64,000 nucleotides of DNA from Geosiphon pyriformis uo1 (Eukaryota; Fungi; Glomeromycota). Below the pieces are notes generated by a model. That model made no database searches, was not told the origin of the DNA, and saw only the letters and a program-made list of their open reading frames with translations. Where the stretch lies: the NCBI GenBank assembly GCA_016748015.1, contig JAAOMT010000502.1:1-64000 (forward strand), read 5' to 3'. A program made the position numbers and the translations under genes. Position 1 is the first letter of the stretch. The number at the start of each line of letters is the position of its first letter. Below are positions 51,864 to 64,000 of the stretch, one piece after another.

Positions 51864-52603
51864 TTGAATTTGAATTTTAAACATTTTTTTTCCGAAATTT
51901 TTAAATTGATCCGAATAAAATTCCGTGTTTTTTATATGTAAAACATTATCGAAAAAATCTAAAATAATAAACGTCTTTAATTCTACAATTTTCATACATA
52001 CTGGAAAAAGATTTCTAATCATTCGATATCGTAAACAAAATAAAAGATAATCTAGGAAAATATATTCGTAGTTTTACATCTCTCTATTTGACTTTAATAA
52101 AATATACGTAGAACAGAAAGAGGAAGAGGATCAGGATCAGGATCAGAATTTTATGAGATGGTTGTTAATTTTTTTACCAATTATATTTCAAAACATTAAT
52201 TTAATCCTTGATTCCCTTATTTTGATTTCATATTTAGAATTTTTTAAAACGATTTAAAATATAATCACGTATTTTTATGATAGATTTAGATTGAAATGGC
52301 ATAAAATCTATTCAATATTTATGTTACTTCGGACAAATAAATTTTTGACCGAATAAAGAAAATATCTTTAAGCAAGAATTATGCACATAACTTATTATTA
52401 TTCACTTTTTAGTATTTCTAAGCAGGACATTCAAGGCTAGTTATTTCAACAAAAAATTTTCGTTAAAAATAATCCTCCTCCTATTCTACCGAGTAAAAAA
52501 AATATTTAAAAATTCATAAATTGGCAGCAGTAGCAGCATACTAAAAATACAGGATTTCTAATTTGGATTTTTAATATGGTAATTAGATGATCTAGGTTCG
52601 TTC

Positions 52604-52604
<1 letters not shown>

Positions 52605-52654
<50 letters not shown>
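52605..52654. repeat. (TAT)n microsatellite
   Basis: Direct inspection. Confidence 0.95.
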
Positions 52655-52656
<2 letters not shown>

Positions 52657-53497
52657 TAAAAGCAATCAATCTTAAAATGAAAAATTGAAAACGTTGCATC
52701 AAACAACAATCTGGATCATATAGGTCAATCAAATACTCTAATTTGGACCCCCGATCGCTGACTCATATCTGATAGTTATCGAAAAAAGTGCCAATTTATT
52801 ATTTCAAAATAAAATATGATCTTTTAAAACAAAAAAAAAATTTTGATAATTTCACGAAAACAAGTATTCATTTTAAACTAAAAAATAATTTAAAAAGATT
52901 TTATCAATAATTGAAAAAAATTATATTTCTTAAAATATTCTCTGAAATTTATTTTAATTTGAGCCAAATTATAAACTTTGAAAAAAACGTTTTTTTTCTA
53001 AAGTTAAAGATTAAAAATTTACGATAATCTGTTATGTTTATTCAATGAGATTTGAAAAACAAAAACAAAATAATAAATAATTTTGTTTTTATTTAAAATA
53101 ATATTAAAAAAGAATAGGTTCAAAGAATTTTTTAAGATATTATTAATATTTAATTTCTTTTTTAAAAAATACACATGGTTTGAAAAAAAATTATGTATAT
53201 TAATAATTAGAATTATTTTTTCTATTTGGAAAATCACAAAAAATCTTTGATTTCCATTTATCATTTAATAAAAAGATAATGTAAAAGATGCGATGATATT
53301 GTCATTAATTTGATTGAACAATAGTAACAAGTAAAATGGTGATCTGTGAATCCAAATTCTCCCAAGTTCCCACGTTCATTATCAATTAATATATCTATTG
53401 TTACCAAAAGATTTTGGTAATTTCATTTGATTCACTAGTAAGATGGGAGAAAGAGGAGTACATGAAAAAATAAAATAGAGTATAAAAATTATTTATC

Positions 53498-53558
53498 AAG
53501 AAAGGAAGGAAGGAAGGAAGAAAGGAAGGAAGGAAGGAAGAAAGGAAGGAAGGAAGGA
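53498..53558. repeat. (GGAA)n purine microsatellite
   Basis: Direct inspection. Confidence 0.9.
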
Positions 53559-55596
53559 AAAAAGGAAAAAACCTTATACCTATAATATAAGAACTTTCTA
53601 TTGGTAATTCATTTTAGCAATTAATGTATGCCAAAATTTTTGATGCCAATTGGGGTATTTTGAAGCTTTTTTGAAAATGGTTTTATTTCTTTAAAAATTG
53701 TCCAAAAAAAATTACCCCATTTTTAAAATTACTATTTTTAAAAATAGTTGAATATAAATTCCAAATTTTACAAAAAAAATCCCATATCATCACAATCAAA
53801 AGTTATTTCAAAATTTATTCATCATAAATGCTGCAGGGGGTTAATAGACTAAATCTTTAAAAGGCAAGTGAAAAGGTTCATCTTTTATGTCTTTAATACA
53901 CAAAAAGTTTATCACTTTTTCACCGATACAGCCGTCCTTCCATGATTTTTTAAATTGTCTCCTTGGCAAGATTACATACACTGCAGATTTGATCATTGAC
54001 ATATTCTTTTTAGGTTCTGCAAGTGTTCAAGGTTTTTGCACATCCTGGATATCAAAGGCAAGGGCATTGATTGTTCCAACTAAGACATTTTTAATTTTAC
54101 ATTTTTGTGTTTAGTGATCGAGATTGTGAAACATTATATATATATAAAAAGTTTAAAATATTCAGAATTTCTAATATTTGTGGGGTGAAAAGTGAGCACA
54201 CTTGATAACTTGTAACAACGGATATGGCTTAATTTTTAAAGGGGCTAATTTCAAAAGAAAAAAGTTTTAATTTTTAAAAATTAGTGTAAAAGTATTTATT
54301 TATTTATTTATTCATTTTGTTTGTTTATTTGCTCTTATGTTTATGGATTTATCAATTTTCACCGTCGATTAATAATAGCTAATAGAATTTAAACGTTTTT
54401 TTCAAACTGAGAAATAATTTTTTTTTTGATCACAAGACTATTTCCAGAGATAAACGATTGGAAGAAGTGGAAGGGGAAAACTTCTGAATTGAGAATTCCC
54501 TGGGTTTACAGAAATTGAGATATATAAGGAAATTAAAATTTTATGAATTTTTAAGCCTTGAACTTTTTTTTGTTACGTTACTCAGAAATTAAAAATTTAC
54601 AAAGAAATTAAAAATTAAAAATTTTTCGAATTATCTCATGATCCTTCGAGATTTAATCAAAGAATCATCTATTAAAAATTTTATGTCTTTGACCTACTAC
54701 AGAAAAAAAATTTCCCATCTTTGTACAACAGATAGAAACCTATTCTAATAGTAACACGATCCAAACTCTTTAACAGTTCAACTTTCAAACTAACCTTACT
54801 TTAAAAATGATAAAGATAATGATGCACAACGTTCGTTTCTTACTAGTGTAGCCCCTGAAAATGTATGATATAAGATTTAGCTGGATGAAATTTTTATTTG
54901 GAAATGGTAGTCCTTAAAGGAAAATCTTTATTTTAAAATTTTAATTTAATTTTATGCTGAGAAAAGAAAATTTTGATAATCCTTGAAGGTGACTCAATTT
55001 CAATATCTCAAGATTCATTCTTTCATTCTTTCATTCTTTTGAATCCAAGTCTTTTTAGCAAAAAAGATAGAAAAGGATTTATCTAATTAACTTTTTGATA
55101 AAGCTAACAAACAATCCATCGAAAGAAGGAGATGTCTAATGAATAACGATAATCACATTTTCGCATGCTTTGAAAAACTGAATTTTTTTGACCATCATAT
55201 GATCGACAAATATGCACCATCCCCCAGTATGACAAAAACCAAAAACAGTTTACACCAAATTTAATTGTGTCTTTGTGTGTCTATCAAGCTGCAAAAACAA
55301 TCAATTATACAAATCATAAAAACTGAGTTATTTCCTAACGTCTTGCATGGGTTTTTTTCTTTATCTTTTTCTGTTTTCTCTCACTTTCTGATACTACTGT
55401 CGTCTCCTCAAACTTGAAAATCACTTTTTTTTTACGATTTAATTTTTTTCGTCTTCCTTGAGACGATAACGACGACAACGACCAACGACAACGAGACGAC
55501 GAAAGGGAAAGATCAATTCAAATTTTCGAAAATAATTAATAAATATTAAATACTTTGCTACCAAGAAAATTGAAAAAGAATAAAGCCCGTTAATTT

Positions 55597-56570
55597 ATGA
55601 TCATGTATAATTTAAAGAAAAACCCAAAGTTACCAAATTTGTTGGCTTGGTTTGTTTTGATTGTGTTGGTGATAATTAGTTTTACCGATATTATTGACTT
55701 TGGCGTCGAAGGTGCTCCATTTGACCTTAAAGTACAAGGTAAACCTTTTTTTTTGATAAAACTTTTATTATTTTTGAAGAACTCGTCTATTTTGAGAGTT
55801 AGAAATTAAACCATATTTTTAGTTGACTATTGACTCACTCTCTTTGATATTTCTTTCTCTCTCAAAGGTATCGATTATACCACTAGTCCCTTAGGATTAG
55901 TCACAAAACGTGACGCGATTGATCCCAAATGTTCAGGTAATTTTTAAAAAAACTAACTTTTATGTGAAAAGGATTAAATTTTTCAACTCGTTCGTGTAAT
56001 CGTCTCAAACAAAAACATCTTTAACACTATATTTCCTTTTCCACTTTATTTAAATCTTTTTCCTCCAACCACCATCACCATCCTTATCCACATTCTCATT
56101 CTCATCAAATCAATTAGAATTTAAGCTCTCAATCCCGGTTCCAAAAACCGCTCGTAATAGAATTCCATTATTCCGCAAGGAGGATCGAATCACCGTTAAA
56201 TTCCTTAAAGGTGCCTCGATGGTTTACAAAGTTGTCGATTTGGAATTATTCAATAATAAAGGCTTACTCCAAATCATCGCTGATGGACCATGGTTTTTTG
56301 ATCAAAGTGGCAACATGTCAAGAACTTTTATTCTGAAACCACCTGTCGGGAATTCGAGTGCTAAATTTGGTAAAGTGAATAGTGAAGACTATCAATTCAA
56401 AATACGCAGTTGGGGTAGTACACTAGAAGGACCTCATTGCATTTCGTTCAGGTGAGAAGTTTTCCGTGCTGATCTTGTCGCAATTCAAGTTTTCGAATCT
56501 TTGATTGATTGAAATTTTTACTTTTCGTCTCGTCTTTAAAAGCAATCCATTCTATATCGCCGCGCCTTGA
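55597..56570 (+). CDS. Secreted 190-aa protein with Kex2-type propeptide and beta-rich two-Cys domain (exons 55597-55738, 55868-55936, 56118-56451, 56543-56570)
   Basis: Hydrophobic leader LLAWFVLIVLVIISF; three GT-AG introns join into a 573-nt stop-free CDS; KR|DA site; PKC...GPHCISFSNPFYI C-terminus. Confidence 0.8.
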
Positions 56571-58454
56571 TTTTTAAAAAGCAACCACCACAAATTAATA
56601 AAAAATAAATGACCACATTCTGCTCTATCATGACTCGTGTATATTTCCCACCTTCCTCTCCTGTCTTTCTTTTAGACACTATAAACAAAAAACCGGTATA
56701 CTTAATATGTCATGCTTTCAGACTTTTTGCTCGGACGCTCTATCCCCACCGCTGTTGTAATACGGAATAAATAAAGTTCGAAAAATGTCGGCGATCTTGC
56801 TTATATAATGAATATAGTAATTATTTGTCTGTAAATATTTACATAAGTAGAACAACGATGAAATGATTTAGTTTGGGATGCGTAGAGATATCTATTGGAT
56901 TTTTGTCCAACTTAATTAATACTTTTAAAACTGCTAAAAAAAATTTAAAACTTCCCAAATTTGAAATAAATATTTATTACTTGAAAAGAAATGTGCTACA
57001 ATTGCTGGTGAAAAAAAGGAAATTATTATATGAAGGAAAAGTTTCTATAAGAATTTCTTACAAGATTTCTTGAGAATATAATTTTTTTAATTCGCATTTT
57101 TCATGTCAATTACAATCAAGATTTTTTTTTAATTATTATTATTATTATCATTATTATTATTATTATTATTATGAAAATTAAGATATTTTTTTTGTAAACT
57201 TTTTAGTAAACTTTTATTTTTTTTTAAAATTACAAATTTTTAGAATTATCGTATAACAGGAATTAAAATTAGATATTTACCGTAATAATTAGCTTTTAAA
57301 ATATATATTTAGATTTAATTTTTCATTGATCTTTCCAAATTTTTGTGAAAAACTTTATCGATCCCAACGAGACATATATTTTTCTTCAGATTTCAAAAAT
57401 TGGACCAACGCTTAATTGTTCATCTGATTCAACCATTTGATTCTACCGCCCGAATCGATTCAAAAGGCCCACAACTTAATGGTGAAAGTATCTAGGGCAA
57501 AGAATTCGTTTTGGCTGAATCAGGATCGAAAGTGTTACATATAGAATTTTTAAAAACCTTCATAGTAGATGATCCAATAGGGGAAGCATTAAAACCTAGA
57601 ATTTTAAATCTTGAAAGAGTTTAAGCAAAAGTTAATATTAATTGTTTGTTTTTTCAAACAAGTATGAAACATCAAAGCCACCGAAGTAAATCTCTGATCA
57701 AGGTTAAAAGTGATTTTGAGAAATGCAAACGCGATTGTCCCACTACATTATCAAACTAAATCGGTCAATTTTCTAAATTGCGCATCCAAACAAATAGAGT
57801 TTACCGCAATTTTTTCTTTGGGCGCGCAAATTTCCATAAAGATTGCAAAATGTTGGGAATGCTAAAAAAGAGACTGAAAGTCCTATCAAGTTTTTGAAAT
57901 TTGTTCAAATCTTTTTAACAGCCTACAGTTAGTCTTTTTCCTCATCGAGAGCGCCATTGGCAAAAAGAGTTGTTTATGTATTACAATGAGCCTTATACCT
58001 AAATTAAGTCATTGAATATTCAATCGTGTTCAAAAGATTACGTCAATAATTATCTGACTCGTCCAAAATTTATTGTTTGAGCATTTAAGAAATTCTGAGT
58101 TCTAACTATAATAAGAAAATTATTCAAATATTTCTTTAAAGGAGATACATTGTGTTATGGATAAGATATAACTTTTTTGCCTCGCTTTCTAATATTATGA
58201 AGATATAAAAAGAATTAAACATATATTTAAATTAAACTATAATCAGCAGCGTTATCATATAAGTTTATGAATGATTTAAGAGAGGATTAAATATATTCAA
58301 CGTTGTCATCAGTAATTACAAGATCATTTTGAAATGTTTATATATTAATTAATAATGTAATTTTACTGATTATGAAGTTTAAAGGTTAAAAAATTGGTCA
58401 TTTTTTATTTGAATATAAGAAAAATAGCAATTTTAATGATTTAATAACTCTAGC

Positions 58455-58493
<39 letters not shown>

Positions 58494-60001
58494 TATTATT
58501 ATTTTAATGAAAAAAACAATTAATTTAATTTGTTAACTAAAAATCAGATATTAGAATTCATCTTAAAAATAAAAATTAAACAGTAATTTGATTTGAATGG
58601 TTAAAATTAAAGTTAACAAAACATTAAATTTTAGTATTTTTTTTTTAACCTATCTCGTAAATAAAGATATCCATTAAGAACCCTTATCTTTTGTAAAACT
58701 GTTCATTTTCTTTTGCAGATAGTCATTAAACAAACCATCATCTTGCTATGCAAAAAAAAAAAACATAAAAATCAACATAACATAGGTTTAAAACATGATT
58801 GTGTGTTACCTTTTCATTATGTTTTTCAGAATTTGCTTACTAAATACGAGTATAAATAATTAATAAGCATCAATTCTCCAAAAAAAATAAATTGTTTTAA
58901 AGTTTTTGCTTAGATTAAATTTTCTTTTTTTTTTGATTGTTAAAAATCCTTATCAGCAGGTAAAAAGATTATTCTTTTTTCTCGATTAATTTACTTTTTA
59001 TTACAAACTATTTGCATCTCAAAAAGACTAATTTTCTTTTTATAGTAAAAACAAGCTTTAATTATTTACTTCTTATAATGGATCTTAAATGTTAATTATT
59101 ATTTTTTATCTGTTGAGAAAATTCCATAGCTTTTTAAGGGTAAGATTAGAACAATATTTTATATCACAACTTGAAAAAAATTATTATCGATATCCAATTA
59201 GTATTAATCTGAATTGAAACCCATTCTTTTATTAATTTTTCTAAAAATGGAAAATTAATTTCAAAAATTTTTCCCGCTCTTAACAGATTCAGCTGTAATT
59301 TTTGCGAAATGAAAAGAAAAAATTTTTGAATGTCAATTTAAATTTTGGGATTCTTTGTTGAATCGTGATAGATTTTCGAAACAAATAAATGTTGTTTTTG
59401 AATATATACATGGAGGATTTTTTACGTTTTAACATTTGACTTGATCGTTTCCAAACAAATTGCTTGTCTTTAGACAGAAAATAAAATGATATTTTGAAAT
59501 TTTATTAGTAATCAAAATTTTTTCTGTGGGTTACAAAATTGGTCAAAAAAATCTAAAGTTTTACATTTATTTTTGTAAAAAGATGATAATTCGCTAACAA
59601 TATAATTTTTTCGTTTATCAAACTTCTTTGACTTACTTGCACCTTTTACTTAAATAAACTATTGTGTTAAAAAATAAATAAAATAAAATAAAATAAACAA
59701 CTTGATAAATCTATTTTCAGATTTTTCAGTCTAATTATCAGTATTTTGTCATTTTCACTATCAAATTCTCTAGTTTCTTTTTTCCAATATTTTTTATTAA
59801 TTAATTAATGAAAGAACAAAAAGCTAATCAAAAATTTTTAAATTCATTAAATTCATTAAATTTGTTAATATATATGTATAAATTTTTTCAAAAAAAATCT
59901 TTATTTTCTATTTATTCCACATTTAATATTAACAACATGATAATTATTTATTACAAAAATAAGCTTATTATCTATTCGTCGAACCTAATTTTAATCTTTA
60001 A

Positions 60002-60219
60002 GATGAAAGGAAATATTTTAACGAAGAGAAATATTGTGACGAAGTTAATATAATTTGTAACAAGTTATAATAAAAGAGAATAAAAAAATGTTATTTGTTC
60101 AAATGAGAAATGGAATACTTCAATTCGTTTTATTCTCGCACACGAATTTATTTTGCTAACTTTGTCACAATACTCTATTCGTCACAATATCTTCATTCGT
60201 CAAAATACCCTTTTTTATC
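60002..60219. mobile_element. MITE-like ~210-bp inverted-repeat element
   Basis: Left arm TATTTTAACGAA..TATTGTGACGAA..TTTGTAACAAGTT mirrors right arm AACTTTGTCACAATA..TTCGTCACAATA..TTCGTCAAAATA; inner GAGAATAAAA/TTTTATTCTC pair. Confidence 0.55.
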
Positions 60220-60663
60220 AATATTCACTAATTTTTATTAATCAATTATGGTGACAATATTATAAATATAAAAAATATTTTACATTTCGATTTTATTATC
60301 TTTTGAAGTATAAACTTATATATTTTAAACAGTATTTTTTTCTATTTTCAATTTGATAAATATTACTTTTAATCAAACTAAAAAAATTCACATTTCAATA
60401 ATTCAATTAATTAATTACAAATTTTGATTTTACTTGAACATATTAATTGTTTGATGTTGCAAATTTTATTATGAAATTTATATTTTTAAAATATATTTTA
60501 AATGTATTTAAAATGATTTATCAATATAGATTTGAATATCTAATGCTTAAAATTAAAAATAATTCAATTAAAAAATTGTAAAAAACAATTCATTTAATAT
60601 TTTTTTCACTTTTTTAAATCAGTTTTATGTCTATTTATTGTAATCGAAATTAAAAAAAGTGAT

Positions 60664-60667
<4 letters not shown>

Positions 60668-60746
<79 letters not shown>
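60668..60746. repeat. (TAA)n microsatellite
   Basis: Direct inspection. Confidence 0.95.
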
Positions 60747-61340
60747 TTATTATTAAAAAAGATCAATTCAACCAAAAAAATCAATCATAAAAAATTTTGT
60801 TTATTCAAAAACCTTTTTGTAATTATCCTGTTTTTAAAATTTGCTCTTGATTATAATAACATAGTTACTTATATACCATGGTAAAAAAATTATGGAAATT
60901 TTCAGAATGTGACGCGTACGAATAACGGAAAATAGAAACTTCTGGATTTTCATGCAGTTTTGTGTTTATATGTGTATAGCCACACCGGGAAAACCAAACT
61001 TCCTAAAACTTGATTATCTCCCGATAATTTCAATGTAGGCCATCACTTTTATTAATAACCTCACGATCGTCGATTACGTGCACTGAAACGCCTTGCGTGT
61101 GAAGGGAATAAAGATGGTGAAAAGACGCCCTTCGTCATTCTTTCTAGTGTAATCGCATAATGGCGTGATAATCAAATGTGAAAACTAGTTTGGCGGCGTC
61201 AATATTATTGACTAAATATAAATTCGTCTTTTGTTTAGGATATTAACTCAATACTTGCGAGATATCATTCGTTACTGATTACTTCATTTTGGATAGTTCT
61301 GCTTTCTTGTCTTTTTTTCCAGAAATAATTGAACGGAAAA

Positions 61341-62895
61341 ATGAGTGATTTTGAACCTGAAACTACCCAAGAATCTACTCCAACTTTAGAAGACCTTTCT
61401 ATCACCAATAAAGTGGAGGAACCAATAGAGACTACTACCACTCATATAGCCACTCCTCAAGCACACAGCTCAGACGTTGAAGTTACAACAGGTACGTGTG
61501 TTTGAACGAAGGAATAGAATTTGAAGAAATTAAAGAAATCCATTAAAATGTAACATACAATTCATATTATGAAATATCCATCAATCCCAGAGGGTGTTAA
61601 AAAAATATCCTTTGCCGAAACAACTACAAGGTCAGGAATAGTGGAGGCTACTCCAACCGGCCCTACAAAACGACAAATCAAACATCCAGAAAGATCTCAT
61701 GCCTTACAAATCAATGAATTTGGCGAAACATCTGTTTTCTCATGGGCAGAACTCAAAACACCAGAGATAATCGGTCCTCATGATGTTATTGTTAGAGTTA
61801 TAGCAGCTTCAGTGAATCCAATTGATTGGAAAGTTAGAAAAGGTTATATGCAAGTTTTGGAGAAACCAACCTTTCCTCATACCTTGGGAAGAGACTTTTC
61901 GGTAAACTTCTTTTTTAATTGGAAAAGGTTTTTATGTTCCGATATATATCTATTAAACTAAAATTTCAATCGTTTACTTTTTGTTCACTTTGATACAAAG
62001 GGTTACATCGTAGCTAAAGGTGAAAAAGTAAACAAGTTCTTCCTTAAAGATAAGGTCTTTGGCATAGTACCGCATGGTGCGTATGCAGAGTAAGTGATCA
62101 CCTTTCTTTTTTAGATTTCTTATCTTTCACTATTTGGTTTACTGCGCCATTTTAACACGTGAGTTTGGGAATTTTAACCACCATAGATATCTTCGTGTCA
62201 ATACTGAAAAAGACGCCATCGAAGAAAAACCTGTTTCTATTACACATGAAGAAGCTGCTGGAGCACCACTTGCAGCTTTAGCAGCATGGCATTCTCTAAT
62301 TGAACTTGGTAATCTTTCATATGGCGAAAAAGCAGAGGGCACCCCGAAAGTACTTATTATTGGTGGTTCTGGAGGAGTTGGTACATTCGCGGTTCAATTT
62401 GCAAAAAAAGCTACTCATGCAAGCGTGACAGCTATTGCATCTGAGAAAAATGCAAACTTACTCACAAAACTCGGTGCCGAACGTGTAATCGATTATAAAA
62501 CACGTGATTATGCCCAAGTTTTGAAAGATGAAAATGATTTTGATCTTGTCATTGATACTATCGGTGAAGGAGGTACCTACGAGAAAGCCAGTCATTTCTT
62601 AAAGAAGAATGGTATTTTTGTCGCCGTCGCCACTGAAATCAACGAACAAAAATTGACTTATGGAGATCTTGCTAAGTTTGGTGCCACATTTATTGGTCGA
62701 AAAATCTTCGGGGCAAGAACCTATAAACCACTGTTGGATATCGAACGAAAAGATTTCCCAAAACTTATTCCATATCTCGAAAGACGCGAAGTGGTAACCC
62801 AAATCGGTGAAATATTTTCGCTTAAAGACGGTTCTAAAGCTCATGTATTAAGTGAATCTTTGCACTCCTCCGGCAAGATCATTCTGAAAGCATAA
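61341..62895 (+). CDS. MDR-family NADPH:quinone oxidoreductase (zeta-crystallin/RTN4IP1-like), 419 aa (exons 61341-61491, 61591-61901, 62001-62089, 62187-62895)
   Basis: AASVNPIDWKVRKG, PHTLGRDFS|G, GAYAE|Y, AAGAPLAALAAW, GGSGGVG nucleotide-binding loop, GKIIL end; three canonical introns keep frame (1260 nt). Confidence 0.93.
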
Positions 62896-63680
62896 AGAAA
62901 AGTTTACTTTGAAGTTTTGAAGGAAAGATATAATTCATATTTTTGAGATATACCCCAGGATAATTTTATTTTATTATCCCTTTACGAAAAAACAAAATTT
63001 TATCCATATTTTCATATCAAAATGATCACATTTATATCATTTCAAAATTAAAGGTAAAGGCGTAAACGTTCTTTTAAATCACTTAATAAAGTTGGTACAC
63101 GTGTAGTTTTGAGGGTGATTACATAAATTAAGCATCATATTATATTGCAGGTTTGTACCTGGTTTTGAATCTTCCATGGTTTGATTATTAAAAGATTTCT
63201 CGAGGACTTTCCTTATTTTGCTAATTACTGTCATGTAAAATGGCACGTTTTCTACTCATAGGCTAGAAAGGGGTATTATCGCTATTAACCTGTTTAGGCT
63301 AAATAAATAAAAAACGACATTGACTTTATTGCTAATTCAGCAGTTACTTATTTTTCCCCTTTTAATTCGTTGGCAGGAACAGTTTGGGAACCAACTAATA
63401 CCTAAGCATCAATCTTATTCAAAACCCTTTTTATTGCTTGATTTTTTACAACGCAAAATACTTTGAAAAATTTAAAAATTAAGACCGATTAGCTGTATAT
63501 TAAAAAATGGTTTAAAATATCAAATCAATGACGTTATTTCAATATAATTGCCCGTTGTCACATTTATATTTATAAATAATAGTAATATTAAATTTAAATT
63601 TAGAATTTATAAAGAATAACTTTTTCGAATAAGAATATTAATGTTATATTTAAATTAATTTATAATCTAAAAAGGTATTA

Positions 63681-63736
63681 TTATTGTTATTGTTATTGTT
63701 ATTGTTATTGTTATTGTTATTGTTATTGTTATTGTT
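63681..63736. repeat. (TTATTG)n microsatellite
   Basis: Direct inspection. Confidence 0.95.
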
Positions 63737-64000
63737 ATTAATTCAAAACAAATTTAAATATATTTTGAGACATATTAGAAAATGATACTGATTAATTGAA
63801 AGAGTAATTAACTAGAAGAATGATTAATTGAAAAATAATCAATTAGAACTACAAAATAATGTTGATTAATTGCCAAAAATAATTAGCTGAAAAAATAACT
63901 GGATGAAAAAGGAATTTATTAAAAAAGATAATTAACTAAAAAATATTATTAATTATGAAAAAAACAAAAAAATTCAAGAAAATAAAAGATAATAATAAAA

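Noticed and set aside
51864-52022. N-terminal 53 aa of the 400-aa ORF as part of the protease
   Set aside because: The signal-peptide-like segment starts at Met54 (51863); the upstream part looks like AT-rich UTR.
53830-54130. Possible Cys-containing gene relic on the minus strand after a TATA run
   Set aside because: Multiple stops and no recognisable family; insufficient support.

Overview
AT-rich eukaryotic fungal DNA with spliceosomal introns. The gene content (BTB-BACK-TLDc gene, TKL-kinase and Sel1 relics) points to Glomeromycotina; the TE peptides recall Geosiphon pyriformis, from memory only and not from a search. The window has two compartments. (1) About 0.5-32.3 kb is a nearly CpG-free transposon graveyard riddled with C>T/G>A transitions. 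It holds a Tc1 (DD34E) element, several minisatellites, a kinase fragment and a full-length APE-RT-RNaseH LINE (~11.6-32.3 kb). Three elements are nested in the LINE, each with an intact TSD: a complete 9.9-kb Ty3/Gypsy element, a 3.4-kb hAT element and a solo LTR. The Gypsy element is unusual: a single Gag-Pol frame with a Cys-rich multi-CxxC insert, a dUTPase plus a second dUTPase-like segment between protease and RT, and a third, TATA-preceded ORF in the env position. (2) About 32.4-64 kb is CpG-containing host sequence. It carries an Opy2-domain small secreted protein, a BTB-BACK-TLDc gene with one in-frame TGA, a pepsin-family protease, a Kex2-type secreted protein, an MDR/quinone oxidoreductase, and kinase and Sel1 pseudogenes; the Sel1 relic forms a long fold-back. 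Microsatellites are common. All gene models and alignments were made by eye.
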